DNA of 64,000 bases from Octopus bimaculoides (lineage: Eukaryota), in assembly GCF_001194135.2 (NCBI RefSeq), contig NC_068981.1:154332741-154396740 (forward strand). Direction: 5' to 3'. The notes beneath the pieces are model-generated. The model ran no database searches. It had not been told where the DNA came from and was given only the letters and a program-made list of their open reading frames with translations. Below, piece by piece: positions 49,601 to 62,289 of this stretch (positions within the stretch are counted from its first letter, which is position 1; each line of letters begins with the position of its first letter). The translations under genes and the position numbers were made by a program.

Positions 49601-52600
49601 GTGTGTATGTGTGTGTGTGTTTATGTAAAATTTCAGCTTTTAGTTCAAATATATATATTGAGATATGCATATGTGTATATATTTGTATATCAGAGTTATG
49701 TTGAAAGTAACAATATGGAAGACAAAGTGAGAACAAAGTGTAATTATCAGTTTGACATTGAATGAGAGGTAATGAAAATGTGCCATTTATGTTTTGAGCT
49801 TAAGCTGTTCAGAAAGTTTGATAGAAGGATAAATGTGGAGATAGGAAAAAGAAATGCAAGTAACTGAGAAGTATATGTTAATTTGTGTCAGGTCATGCTG
49901 AAAATAGTGGATGTTGAGTAACAAGAAGTGAAGAAGAAGAAAGGTACTATCATATGAACAAGAGCTACTGGGGTGGTTATTGTTAGTCAGTGTGCAAATT
50001 ATGTATGCATGTGTCAGTGTTAGTGTGCACATTGGGAACTTAATATATATATATATGGACTAGTATGTATGGCTAATGATTGAGTTGAAAAGTGTGTTTT
50101 GATGAATGACTTTGATTTGTTTGATGTATGTGCATGTATTTTTTTGTTATACGTGTGCTGTGTGCATTGCGAAATTAATATTATGGAGTAGTATATGGAT
50201 AGAGATTGCTTTGAAAGTTGTGCTTGCTGTGAGAGTGACTTTGTCTTGTTTAATGTATGTGTGTAGGTTACTGCGTTGTATAAGTTGCTTGAAACTATGT
50301 ATGAATATGTCTATTGTGTTTGTATGCATCTAATCTGTGTGTGTGTGTGCATGCCTGTATGATTGGCTTTATGGGTTGTATGTATGTGTGTGTATGTGAT
50401 TCACTTTAGGGGTTGTGTGTATGTGTATGATTGGCCTTTTGGGTGTGTTTTTGCAGTAGTTGTGAAAGTGATATGACCAGTTTATGTCTCATTCTGGGTA
50501 TTATTGCTATGAGTATGTATGTGTGTGTGTGTGTGTGTGTATGCATGCATGTATGTATGTATGTATATAGACATACATACACACATACACAGACTGCTTA
50601 AAATGCTCCTTTTCTGAGCATTTTAAGCAATAAATAAAGTTGGTAGAGAAATGTAGATGCAAGAGTTGGTTATGTTGAAATAATTGTAGTTGAGTTCAGA
50701 AGTTCAATAAATAAGATGATATGTGAAGAAGGCTGTGTCAAATTTAATTCACAAAATATTGTTCTTTCTCTTACTCACTTTATAAAAATCATTCACTTTT
50801 ATTCCCTGTGTGAAACCCTAAGTTATCTTGTTTAGTTTTATTTCAAAACAGTAGCATGTGTCTATGTTCTACTCATAGGCAAAATAGTTTCAGATCACAT
50901 AAAATTTATATCATTCCAATACATGAAAATGCATGTTATTCTGATTGCTGACACTTCAATAAATTTCAAACACTAACATCAAAAATATGGTTTCACTTTC
51001 ACATCCTGATTTCCATTTTAATCAGTTATCATGTTGTTTGCATTTAATTTTTATGCAATTTATAATAAAATGATTTATTATTTTGCTAAGATGCATTTCA
51101 TTTTTAAATGTCAAATTTAAAATGTTGGGATTCGAATATAAGATGACACTGAAGCAGCTGTTATGAGTTTTAATAGGGTCTTTTGAAAATTTTTTGTATT
51201 TTAAGAAAGCAAGTATATTAGTATATTATTAAAAATTTCTTATATTTAATATATTTTGTACAAACTAAAAAAAAAAAAAGAACTTTTTCAAATGAAGATA
51301 GGATCAGTATTGAAAAATGTTGAATGAATTGTCGATGCAATCTTTTTCAAAATCTTCTTACTTGTAGAATATTTTTTTACAACAATTGAAATTTTCATTA
51401 ACATTTTATATTTCTGGAACAAAATTTTAATAGACATACTCATTTCCTTAAGTCTTGATGTAGTGGTCATTTAACAACAAAATTAATTGAAAATAAAAGA
51501 AAGTAATTGTTTTAAGCAATATAAATATGAAAGTAAATGACTACCTCAGGATTTAAAGTGAGCAGTAGTAAGAATTCTAGCTTGCATGCAATATTGTTCC
51601 ACGTCCTTTTGTATTATAATTTTCATGCATCAACAATAACAAAGAAGTATCTCTGTATATCATGCTATAATTTAGTAAAACTATATGCTACAGTAAAAGA
51701 GTATGTTGTGAGTTAATCTTCAACAAGCAATGTAAACAGCATGATTATGATATGTGTGTCAAACTGGTATTTACTCTTCAAATGCAGAAAGTTATACAGC
51801 TTTACTTTTTGATCAACAAAGTTTGTTGCTAAGGTCACTTGCAAATTAAAGTAGTAATATTAACCGGAAGGAGAGCAGAAAATCTTTGTTTAATTTTGAC
51901 AGTCATTAATTTACAAAATTGTTTTTTCTTAAAATGTCTTATGTATAACTATATAAATAATAACTTAATTGGGTCAGTTTTAGTATAAACTGTTACTTGT
52001 ATAATGTCTATGTCAACATTGAAATAACCTATTGCTATGAAATGTGATAAATGAAAGAAGATTTACAGTCTAGAAGGAACTGATTTATATAATTTCATTT
52101 TATATTTGAATTTGAGGGCTTCTTAAAATGATATTTTAATGCTAATGTTTGCATTTGAATTTTGGGTATCACATTTATAATAAACTACAATGAACTAGTT
52201 AAAATTTATTCATATCTTAATCTTTCATATAAAAATCACTTATTAAGTCAAAACCTAAGCAAATTATATGAAGTCATCCTTTACTATATTCTTCAAATAA
52301 TTTTCACCATCAACTTCTAACAATCAAAAGTTAAGTCATTCTCATTGTCAGCATCTTAACATTTATTTTTCCAAGCTGGCATGGATTGGACAGGTTTGTT
52401 ATATACATATATCACAATGCCATTTATTGCAATTTCTTAATGTCATGACTGGCCTTGTTTTCCAACTCTAAGTATTTAAATGAACTTTATGGATATTCCC
52501 AATATTATCTCAAGTAATATGGTTTATTATAAGAATTAAGTAACTAAGTTTAAATAATATCTTAGACTAAGGAATGTTTTTTGTATAATTCACTAAACGT

Positions 52601-53034
52601 TTAACCAATGTTATTTATGTGCTGTAATTTAATAAAATTAAAAATAAACAAACATGGTTTGAATTTTTCAGGGATATTGTAGTCTCTGTTCTTTAGTAAA
52701 CTATGATGACATTATATTTATACTGCTAATATCTATAGCATTAATTAAATTTGCTAAATTAAAATTTAGTTTTAACTTTTTTTTACAGTTTATTTGATAA
52801 TTTTTATTTTCAGCTACTAATAGTTGACATAAACTAAAATATTCTAACACTTGGAATATACTGAAGAAATATTACATGGATGAAATAAAATGCTTGTTTA
52901 TTTTTATTTCATGTTTAACTAAACTTAATTTTGAGTGTTTTTTTATATTCCTTGCATTAAATAGTTGTGTAAATTAATATATTGTTAATAAAAAGTAATA
53001 AATTTTATTTGTTATTTCTATTTTTCCATTTTAG

Positions 53035-53281
53035 CCTGTTACTTCTGAAGAAATGGAGAGTGTGTTTCGTATTTCTCCTTTGGCAATGAGCCTTGTAAAA
53101 CCACCAGATCCAGAAATTTTGAAAGGATTGCCATTAAATGCTCAAAGAGAGCTCATTGCCCAGCATGCAGAAGCTTGTTTATCTCAACAAGGGTCCAGAG
53201 CAAACTCACGTCCAGGATCACAAGCTGGTTCCCGAAGAGGATCTCTTGAAGAACATGAGCAAAGTAAACTAGAAACAAATG
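53035..53281 (+). CDS. SVIL: Coding exon (PVTSEEMESVFRISPLAMSLVKPPDPEILKGLPLNAQRELIAQHAEACLSQQGSRANSRPGSQAGSRRGSLEEHEQSKLETN)
   Basis: tttttccattttAG acceptor at 53033-34 and G|GTATTG donor at 53282. 247 nt, phase 0/1. Completes the RFNTQ|PVT motif begun in the previous exon. Overlaps ORF 53053-53340. Confidence 0.88.
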
Positions 53282-53829
53282 GTATTGTATTAATGAAAAA
53301 TTTATTCTTTCTAAACTTATATTTCAGTTTACAAAATTGAATACATTATATAGTAATGAGATGAGGTGAATTTTGTAAAATCTAGAGTTGTTGCCTTTCA
53401 TATAAAGGACTCTGCTTGAAAGGTTAAAATTCATTTCTTCTCATGGCACACAAATTTATACAAATTTGCTGACTTTATTGACTGATTTTTATTGCTGCAA
53501 AACCATCAATTTTTTTTTCTTTTTTGTTCAGTCTGCTGTATTTTTTGTTTTATACCTTCACTCTAATCTTTAAATATTTATTTCATTAATTATCTCTGGA
53601 TTGAAAGTTAAATGATCAATATCTGTAAAAATTGGGTTACTTTAAACACTTTCTATATAAACTTAAGTGTCTTATTTTCTATTTTTACTCTCTTGCACAA
53701 TAGCTCTATTTAAGACCTTGGTTATGGTTATTTAGCTAGTTAGCCTAATTATAGTCAGATATCAACTGATTTGGTAGGCCTTAGATAATTCTTTAAGTTT
53801 TATTTACTTGCAAAAATATACCTAACAAT

Positions 53830-53882
<53 letters not shown>

Positions 53883-54532
53883 NNNNNNNNNNNNNNNNNN
53901 NNNNNNNNNNNNNNNNNNNNNNNNNNNNNNNNNNNNNNNNNNNNNNNNNNNNNNNNNNNNNNNNNNNNNNNNNNNNNNNNNNNNNNNNNNNNNNNNNNNN
54001 NNNNNNNNNNNNNNNNNNNNNNNNNNNNNNNNNNNNNNNNNNNNNNNNNNNNNNNNNNNNNNNNNNNNNNNNNNNNNNNNNNNNNNNNNNNNNNNNNNNN
54101 NNNNNNNNNNNNNNNNNNNNNNNNNNNNNNNNNNNNNNNNNNNNNNNNNNNNNNNNNNNNNNNNNNNNNNNNNNNNNNNNNNNNNNNNNNNNNNNNNNNN
54201 NNNNNNNNNNNNNNNNNNNNNNNNNNNNNNNNNNNNNNNNNNNNNNNNNNNNNNNNNNNNNNNNNNNNNNNNNNNNNNNNNNNNNNNNNNNNNNNNNNNN
54301 NNNNNNNNNNNNNNNNNNNNNNNNNNNNNNNNNNNNNNNNNNNNNNNNNNNNNNNNNNNNNNNNNNNNNNNNNNNNNNNNNNNNNNNNNNNNNNNNNNNN
54401 NNNNNNNNNNNNNNNNNNNNNNNNNNNNNNNNNNNNNNNNNNNNNNNNNNNNNNNNNNNNNNNNNNNNNNNNNNNNNNNNNNNNNNNNNNNNNNNNNNNN
54501 NNNNNNNNNNNNNNNNNNNNNNNNNNNNNNNN

Positions 54533-54584
<52 letters not shown>

Positions 54585-57344
54585 GAGAGAGAGAGTGTGA
54601 GAGAGAGAGAGAGTGTGTACATGCATATGCATGGTTAGTCTAATGTAACTAATTGTTATAGCTTGATACTAGTAGGGTAAATATGTGGGGCAACAGTCTA
54701 GAAGGTAGAACTAGGCAAAGTGTTTAAAGTATTACCAAAAAGGAATGGCAAGATGAAGTGAATGTTAATGTTGGTGCAATAGAAAACAAGAACATTCAAA
54801 ACAGTAGAGGCCATTCTAGAAATAGTAGAAACAGAAATTTATCAGTATGCTAAAGAGTTTGCAATAAATTTGACAGTGTTGTCGGTATGTAATCTCATAT
54901 TATGATTACAGATATATCATTGTCCAATATGTTGGACAGTGTTGTTGTTGATGGTCAACTCCGATCAAGCAGACCAATGATGAAAAGTGCTTCCTTGTGA
55001 ACAATTTTTAATATTGTAGGGTATGATTTAAAGGAGATTTGGTTACTGTTTCTTGCTAGTCAAGTGACTATTTAGAAGAACTCCCCCTCCCTTGTGTCAT
55101 ATAAGAGCATGAGTAGTACACCATGGTGCAACATAAATCAACCTCATAAGAATTAAAAGTTTAACTGTTTTGTATCTGTAAAGGTGCTTGGTGTTGGTTC
55201 AGCTATCTTGAAGACAAGACCTGATGATTTCTCATATTTACTAACAATTGATTGGATGTTCTTATGGAGGAGAGAATTAGTGCAGTTGTACTGAGCATGT
55301 ATAGGAATTTTAAAGTATTTTTTAGTGACTTCATAAACAGAGTAATGATCTTTTGTAAAGATGAGTAATGGTTGTTTTATTTTGCTATGTCTTGCCAGAT
55401 TATAGAAATTTTATTGTTTAACCATCAGTGTTGAATGTATAGGCTGTGTGAATATTATTTGTGATTGCATAGAGTGAGAATATGAAAAATAATGTAGCAA
55501 AGGTTTGATGTTAGAGACACTGACGATGTGATTATGAATGTAGAAGAACAAGGAAAAAATATCTTTCTAGCTGGGAAAGCCATGTATCTCTTCTTCAATA
55601 CGACACCTATTCCTGTTTCTCTATTATACTTTCATCTCCCTCAATGCTATACCCCCACCCCCACTCATTTGAGACGTCCTATCTTGTGAGTTACTCGGTG
55701 ACCTCACGAGTGCTAGTATCATGAGAAAGTACCCAATACACTGTAATGTGGTTGGCATCAGGAAGGGCAACCACCTGTAGAAACCATGCTAAAGCAGACA
55801 TTGGATCTCTGTACAGCCCTCTGGCTCGTTAGTCTCTGTCAAACTGTCCAACTCATGCCGACTTGGAAAATGAACATTAAACAATGATGATTTTTGTAGC
55901 TGATGAGTTTTCTGCAAGAACATTGCAAATTTGCATGATGAGGTCAGATTCTAGTTTCTAGTTTATGAATTTAGATGGACATTTATCATAGTTGTACTTA
56001 CAGTATGCTTTTATCTGAAGCACCAAAGGGAAACTTTCACATGTTATAGAATTTATTCATACACTGTTCTTTCACACTGTTAGTATACATTTTGTGGGAG
56101 GCTGGTTAATATGTTTTGCTAAAGTGTAGGATACTGAGAAATATGTCAAGGAGAATTGTTTCTGTAGAAAGTTTGATAGTCTCTAAACATTTAGCATTAA
56201 AAAGTGATAATTATAAACACATGTCTGCATGAGTTAACTATATTTACTTATTAGAGCAAGGGTTCCCAACCTGCACTGCTCACAACCCCTGGAGCTATGA
56301 GATGGCATTTCAAGAGTGTGACAGAGAGAAAGTATATACTTTGTTAAAATTGTTTTTTTAAAATAAGATTGAACTAAATTCTAAAAATAACTTCATTCTA
56401 TTAAACACACAAACTTTATTATTCTACTCATGTAGTTTTAACCCTTAAGAGATTATGATTAAAGAACTATGTCTTAATTCCATTTACAGCAACATATGTG
56501 TGAATCTAGATTTAGTTCTCTTTTGTCAATCAAGACTAAAATCTATCTATGAATTGGTTAAATCCATAGGCCGATTGCAATTAGCAAGAAAATTCCAGAT
56601 TTTGATTAGTAATGAATGAAAAACAGGAACAAAGAAGTCATTGAATTCTGTGTTCACAATTTTGTTTGATCTCACTGTTAATTTTTTTAGTCACTCAGTT
56701 TACATTTGCATTTTATGCACTTTGTCAAAAGCTTGTTATTTTGAGTTCAGTTTATTCACACACAGTATTGTGTGTGGTTCAAAACAGAGATTAGTTATCA
56801 GAAAATTGACTTTTTTACCTTTAAATATGATATTGATTTTGTATGGGATGTGAAAATTGATCTGACATTTCCTATCAGTGTGGGGTGTTGGGGCATAGAA
56901 AAAGTTGGGAATAACTGTAATAGAGTATCCACCAAAAAAAAAAAAAAAATCAAGGTTGAATTCTGAAAGTAAATCTTTATTGAATATTAGTGAATATTAT
57001 CTTTCACTCCACACATCATTATATCATTTATTTTGTAAGCTTTGATACTTATGTATTGAGGAGGTGTGGCTTTGTGCCAGTTGAGATATCTTCTATCTTT
57101 TACTTGTTTCTGTCATTAGACTGTGGGCATGCTGTGGTGCCACCTTGAAGGACTTTTGTTGAATGAATTGACCCCAGTACTTCTTATTTTTTTATGCCTG
57201 GTACTTATTCTATCAGTTTCTTTCACCAAATTGCTAAGTTATGAGGACATAAATACACCAACAGTGGGGGTAGGAGACAAACACAAACTTGAAGACATAC
57301 ATACATATACAACAGTCTTCTTTAAGTTTTCATCTACCAAATCT

Positions 57345-57513
57345 ACTTACAAAGCTTTGGTAAATTTGAGACTGTAGTAGAAGACACTTGCCCAAGGTGC
57401 TATGCGGTGGGACTGAACCTGGAACCATGTGGTTGGGAAGCAACCTTCTAACCACACAGCCTTGCNNNNNNNNNNTGTGGTTGGGAAGCAACCTTCTAAC
57501 CACACAGCCTTGC

Positions 57514-57516
<3 letters not shown>
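57345..57516 (-). mobile_element. tRNA-derived SINE head, third family (related copies at about 6540-6680, 44600-44700, 59975-60110); part is duplicated across a 10-N gap
   Basis: The minus strand reads ggctgtgtggttagaag...GGTTCAGTCCC...accttgggcaagtgtcttctac. The 38 bp at 57428-57465 is repeated at 57476-57513. Confidence 0.7.
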
Positions 57517-57551
<35 letters not shown>

Positions 57552-59601
57552 CTGAAGCTATAAATATTTGTCGTATAATGCTGACTTAATTTCTGATTAA
57601 CTTTATAACCTCTATGGTACTAGCTGAAATCTATTTGTCATTATATTCATATTAATTAGTTTAATTATCCAAGTTTAATTACAGTACCTTTACAAAGAAT
57701 AAACTATATGCAACTTTCAGATAATCTGGAGATTAATATTTTTGGAATATTGTAGTTAGATTTATTAACATATGCCTATATTAGTAATTAAATTAAGATT
57801 ATTATTGCAATCTTTGCATAAGATTATTATCGCAACCTTTGCTGTTGGTAAAAATTTAATTAGAACTAATTTTCAACTTGCGTTATATTACTTTAATTTA
57901 TTAATAATTAAAACATGTTCATGTTTAGTACAGCTTTTTAAAACAAAAAAAATTAAATAAATTGCTTCTCATCTTATGTAATATTCTACTTAATAATATA
58001 AAATGTAAATTGACTTTTAAGGATTGTTTATTAAAATGTATTTTAAGTATCTCAACGGTATTATTTCAAACTTCCAGTCCAGGAAAATTACTATTCTACA
58101 AATAGTTTTTGAAAAGAGACATATCATTTAACTGCGACTGCTCTTGCATTAAATCTCACTGTCAAAGTTTTCTCCACTGACTGTCCATTTACTGCTTAAA
58201 TTTCGTTGTTTTAGTCACTTCTTTATCTATATGCTTATGTTTCACTCTCTGAAAGCAGGGTGTAATGTTGGTAGCAGTAGCAGGAAGTTTGCTTTACTTG
58301 CCTGACAGTAAACTGTAGGACATTTCATAGTTATGCTATCAGTCATACTACTTAGAAGGAAATAGCTGCCTTTCACAAACTACCATATTTTAAGAGGCTT
58401 ATTTTTTTTATTCAGTTTCTCTTTGTATAAAAAGGGAACCTGTGGAATTTAGAGGTAAGTTAGACATGGATGTTTATAACTTTTCTTTAATGTTGCATAA
58501 CTGAATAAAGATAGTACATGTTACTATTGGTATTTATATATGCATACAGTTAAAAAAAAAAAAAACTTTTTAAAATGATATTTGTCAGTTCATCTCATTG
58601 ATAGCAAACTGTTGATTAATAATATTTATTTTAAATAGTTTGCAGCATATGTACAGTATGTTTCAGTACTATATATTATATTTGTAGGGCATTAACAAAA
58701 GAAAACACTTATAAATTGCTTCCCCTCCCCAAATGAAACAAAAAAAAATAGTTGACAATAGCTGAAGGGAAAGTAGTTTATCTTTGATTCAAATATCTGT
58801 GGCGTATACACTCTCAGTGGTTGGCTGATTACTTTCAATTTCCAGTATGACTATAGTCCCGCTGCTGATAAATTTATTGTTATAAATCTCATTCAATTAA
58901 GTTTTACAAGTTGTATCTTTCTTTTTGTTTTCTTTCTTTTCTTTTTTCGTTTGTTAATTTGAATTGAATTATCATTTTACTTCTCAAGTAAATTAGCAGT
59001 CTCTGGTTTTATATGTAATTTTTACAAATCTTAAAATTTGTAAAGCACCGTATCTGTAAATATCCTGTAAAAAGTATATATATTAATTGCTATGGTAGAA
59101 AAGAATAAAAATAATTTTCTTGATTTAATATAATGTTTACATTCTTATCAAATTGTGTTCCAAAAATCATGACTGGAGAGTGAATATTTAAAAACATCTA
59201 CTTGCTTTCGTATTTTAATTTTCATACATATGAAATTAAACTGTCATCTTTTTTCTCATCATCATTACCATCAACACTGTGGTGGTGGTCATCATCATCA
59301 TCATTATCACGGTGGTGGTGAATATGATGATGCTGATGATATTTGCTTTCCATGTAGACATGTGTGGGACATGCCATTGTGGATTGAGGATTATGTCTTA
59401 CTCAAAAATGTTTTTAGAATGGCTTCTATTGACTGGATGCCCTTCCTAGTACCAACTGATTTACAGAATGCTGTGAACAGACATCAGTTACAATTCTAAA
59501 CTTAGACAACTCTTATTATGTTACCATTAGTATTTTTTTTTTTTTGCAAGTGGTTAGAATGACATTGCACACGTGTGTGCACGCATACACACACACACAT
59601 T

Positions 59602-60382
59602 TTATTGATAATTCTCATTAGAGTCAGTTAATTAATACTTCGTTCCCTGGGTAATCTACTTAATGATGGCAGTGGCTTTGGTTAAGACAAAGTTGCTAAA
59701 GTAAAATAGGTGTGCAAGATCAAGGAGCAGTTGCTTTTACTAACAGTCTCCTCATGGTAGAGTAGATTGTTTTCCTTGTGTGGCATAATACTTCCATGAA
59801 ACAATAATTGCAATAATATCAACATATTTCTTGTACATTATCCATGAAATGCTTGAAGTATCATGCTTATTCATTTTTCTGTACAGAATTACCAAATGGA
59901 AAGTTAAATTTTTCATATTTTTCCTTCATCATATAATGTATAACGGTATGAGAATTAGTAATTATAAAAGGTGTAAGCATGATTGAGTTGTTAAGAAATT
60001 TGCTTCCCAACCATGTAGTTGTGGGTTTGGTCCCACTGCAGGACACCTTATGCAGGCTGACCAAAGCCTTGTGAATGGATTTGGTTGATGGGAACTAGGA
60101 GAGGTCTATGTGTTTGTTTACATATACTCTGAATATCATAAACTACATGCAGTAAAGCTTTTGTCATTTTTCCTACCAACAAATTGTCTGCTGACATGGG
60201 AAATAAAAAATCCTTTATTTGAAAAACAGGTAAGGACAGCCAACTGTCAGGAAGGGTATCCGACTGTATAACAATGCCTCAATTATACATTTGTCTAATT
60301 CATGCTAGCATTGAATAAACATATGTGAAAATGAATGAACAAATGAATGAAAAAACAAATGAATGAAAATATCTTTTGCTTT

Positions 60383-60466
<84 letters not shown>

Positions 60467-62289
60467 TGTATGTATATATGTATCGGATAGATAGATAGAT
60501 ATACACACATATGGATAATATTTAATTGATCGAGCCTGGTGCAGCCTCTGGCTCACCAGTCTTCAGTCAAATCGTCCAATCCATGCCAGCATGGAAAGCG
60601 GACGTTAAACGATGATGATGATGAAATCTCATTACTCACCTTGCTTTATAAACAATGAAAAATGTCAGCATTATTGTAAGGAGGTGACTTAAGGTTATTT
60701 TAATTATTCTTCACAATTCTTTCACCTAGGAATTTTAATTATTTTGCACAATTCTTTCTCCGAGGAATTTTGGTCCTCACAGTGACTGTCATATTTTTAG
60801 GGTTCTAAACTCGAGTGTAGGGTATGGATATGGTTAAAGTGTAATAATGTATAGTGTAATGTGCAAAAGGTCTGCCGTTGTCATTTACACACTGTTTCTT
60901 CTTGCTATTAACCTGAAACCATCCTGTGAGTTTCTTTGTGTTGTTGTTCTACCATTACTCTGAAATGTTTGTGTCCATTCTGACATAGCAATGCTCTGTC
61001 TCCATAGAAAGTGACCTCCTCATGGTAAACAAGAACTATTAATTTATCATTTTGCATTCCAATTCTAAATTTTTCATGTTCAATTTGCTGCTCCATTACA
61101 CTAATTACTAATAAATAGTGAGTGTAAACTATTTTCTGTATAAATATCTAAAAGCAGATAAATTTCATAATTTAGATCTAGTTATCGTAAGTAACTTTTT
61201 CTAAGCATGTAAATTTTTAAAGATACATAAAGAATGTTAAAAAAAAGAGCTATATGTCAATTTATTAAATTGATAAATTAACTAGGATGAGATAATTACA
61301 AAATCATATGTTTTGTTTCCTTATTTATCTCTATTCTGAAATGTTGTTACCAATATTTAGACTCGTAGAATGTTTTCCTGATCTTAGAATGTTTAATTCT
61401 TTTGAACCAACTTGCCTGAGACTGTCTTTAGTTATCTGATACAAAGCCACCAGTTTTAAACTGTTCATCTGCTTGAGATTGTTTCCTGTAATAGTGGGTA
61501 TTTATCTTCTGTTATTTATCATTAGCTTTTTATTATTATTTTTTTGTCTGATCAACACCTGCAAAGTGGATCTAAGAAGCAGCCCAAACCACTTGTAGCT
61601 TTGTAAACATTTACCTTGACTATTGAAAGTTTCCTATGCAATAAACTGTATTGATTTTTCATATATTACTATAGTAAAGTAAGTTGCATTAAATGGTCAT
61701 CATCATTATAATTCTCCTTCTCCTCCTCCTCACCACCACCACCTCTTCTACTGTTATTGCCATTCGTGTTTTTCTCTGCTTGCTTGAGTTGAACAGATCT
61801 TCTCTGCTCATTTTCACCTATTATTCTATCTCTGAAGCCAGCATGCTGAGATCTGACCTTACCATTTCTTTTCATGTCTTCTTAGACATGTACTCTTTTC
61901 ATCCTGTGCTCATTGTCCCCTCACATTATGCATTCATGTCAAAAGTCATCAATTATCTTAAAAGCTCATTCACTCTCTTGGTTCTCATATGCTTCACCTT
62001 TTAAACTAGTTAACATTCAGTAGACCATTCTTACCTCATTTCCCACTAACCTCTATTTTCCCACATTTAATAGCTATGTCTCATTATCATGCAACATCAT
62101 GCTTCATACAGTCTGTTATTTGCACTAAAAGAGAAACCTTTTGTTGTCAGTAAAGGCAACTGCTCCTTGATCTTGAACACCTATTTTACTTTAGCAACTT
62201 TGTTTTAACTAGAGCCACTTCCATCATTAAGTAGATTACCCAGGGAATGAAGTACTAATTAACTGACTCTAATGAGAATTATCAATTAA
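59602..62289. repeat. Pair of ~145-bp inverted repeats (59602-59745 and 62145-62289)
   Basis: ttattgataattctcattagagtcag...gttgcttttactaaca matches the reverse complement of tgtcagtaaaggcaac...ctctaatgagaattatcaattaa with only scattered mismatches. Confidence 0.85.
60531..60622 (+). mobile_element. 5'-truncated RTE-type tail (identical twin at 63190-63281)
   Basis: gagcctggtgcagcc...atggaaagcggacgttaaacgatgatgatgat. Confidence 0.8.

Noticed and set aside
59230-59499. His/Gly-rich ORF (HHHYHQHCGGGHHHHH)
   Set aside because: Built from mixed (CAT)/(GGT)/(GAT) triplets fused to an inverted RTE tail; not a supported gene.
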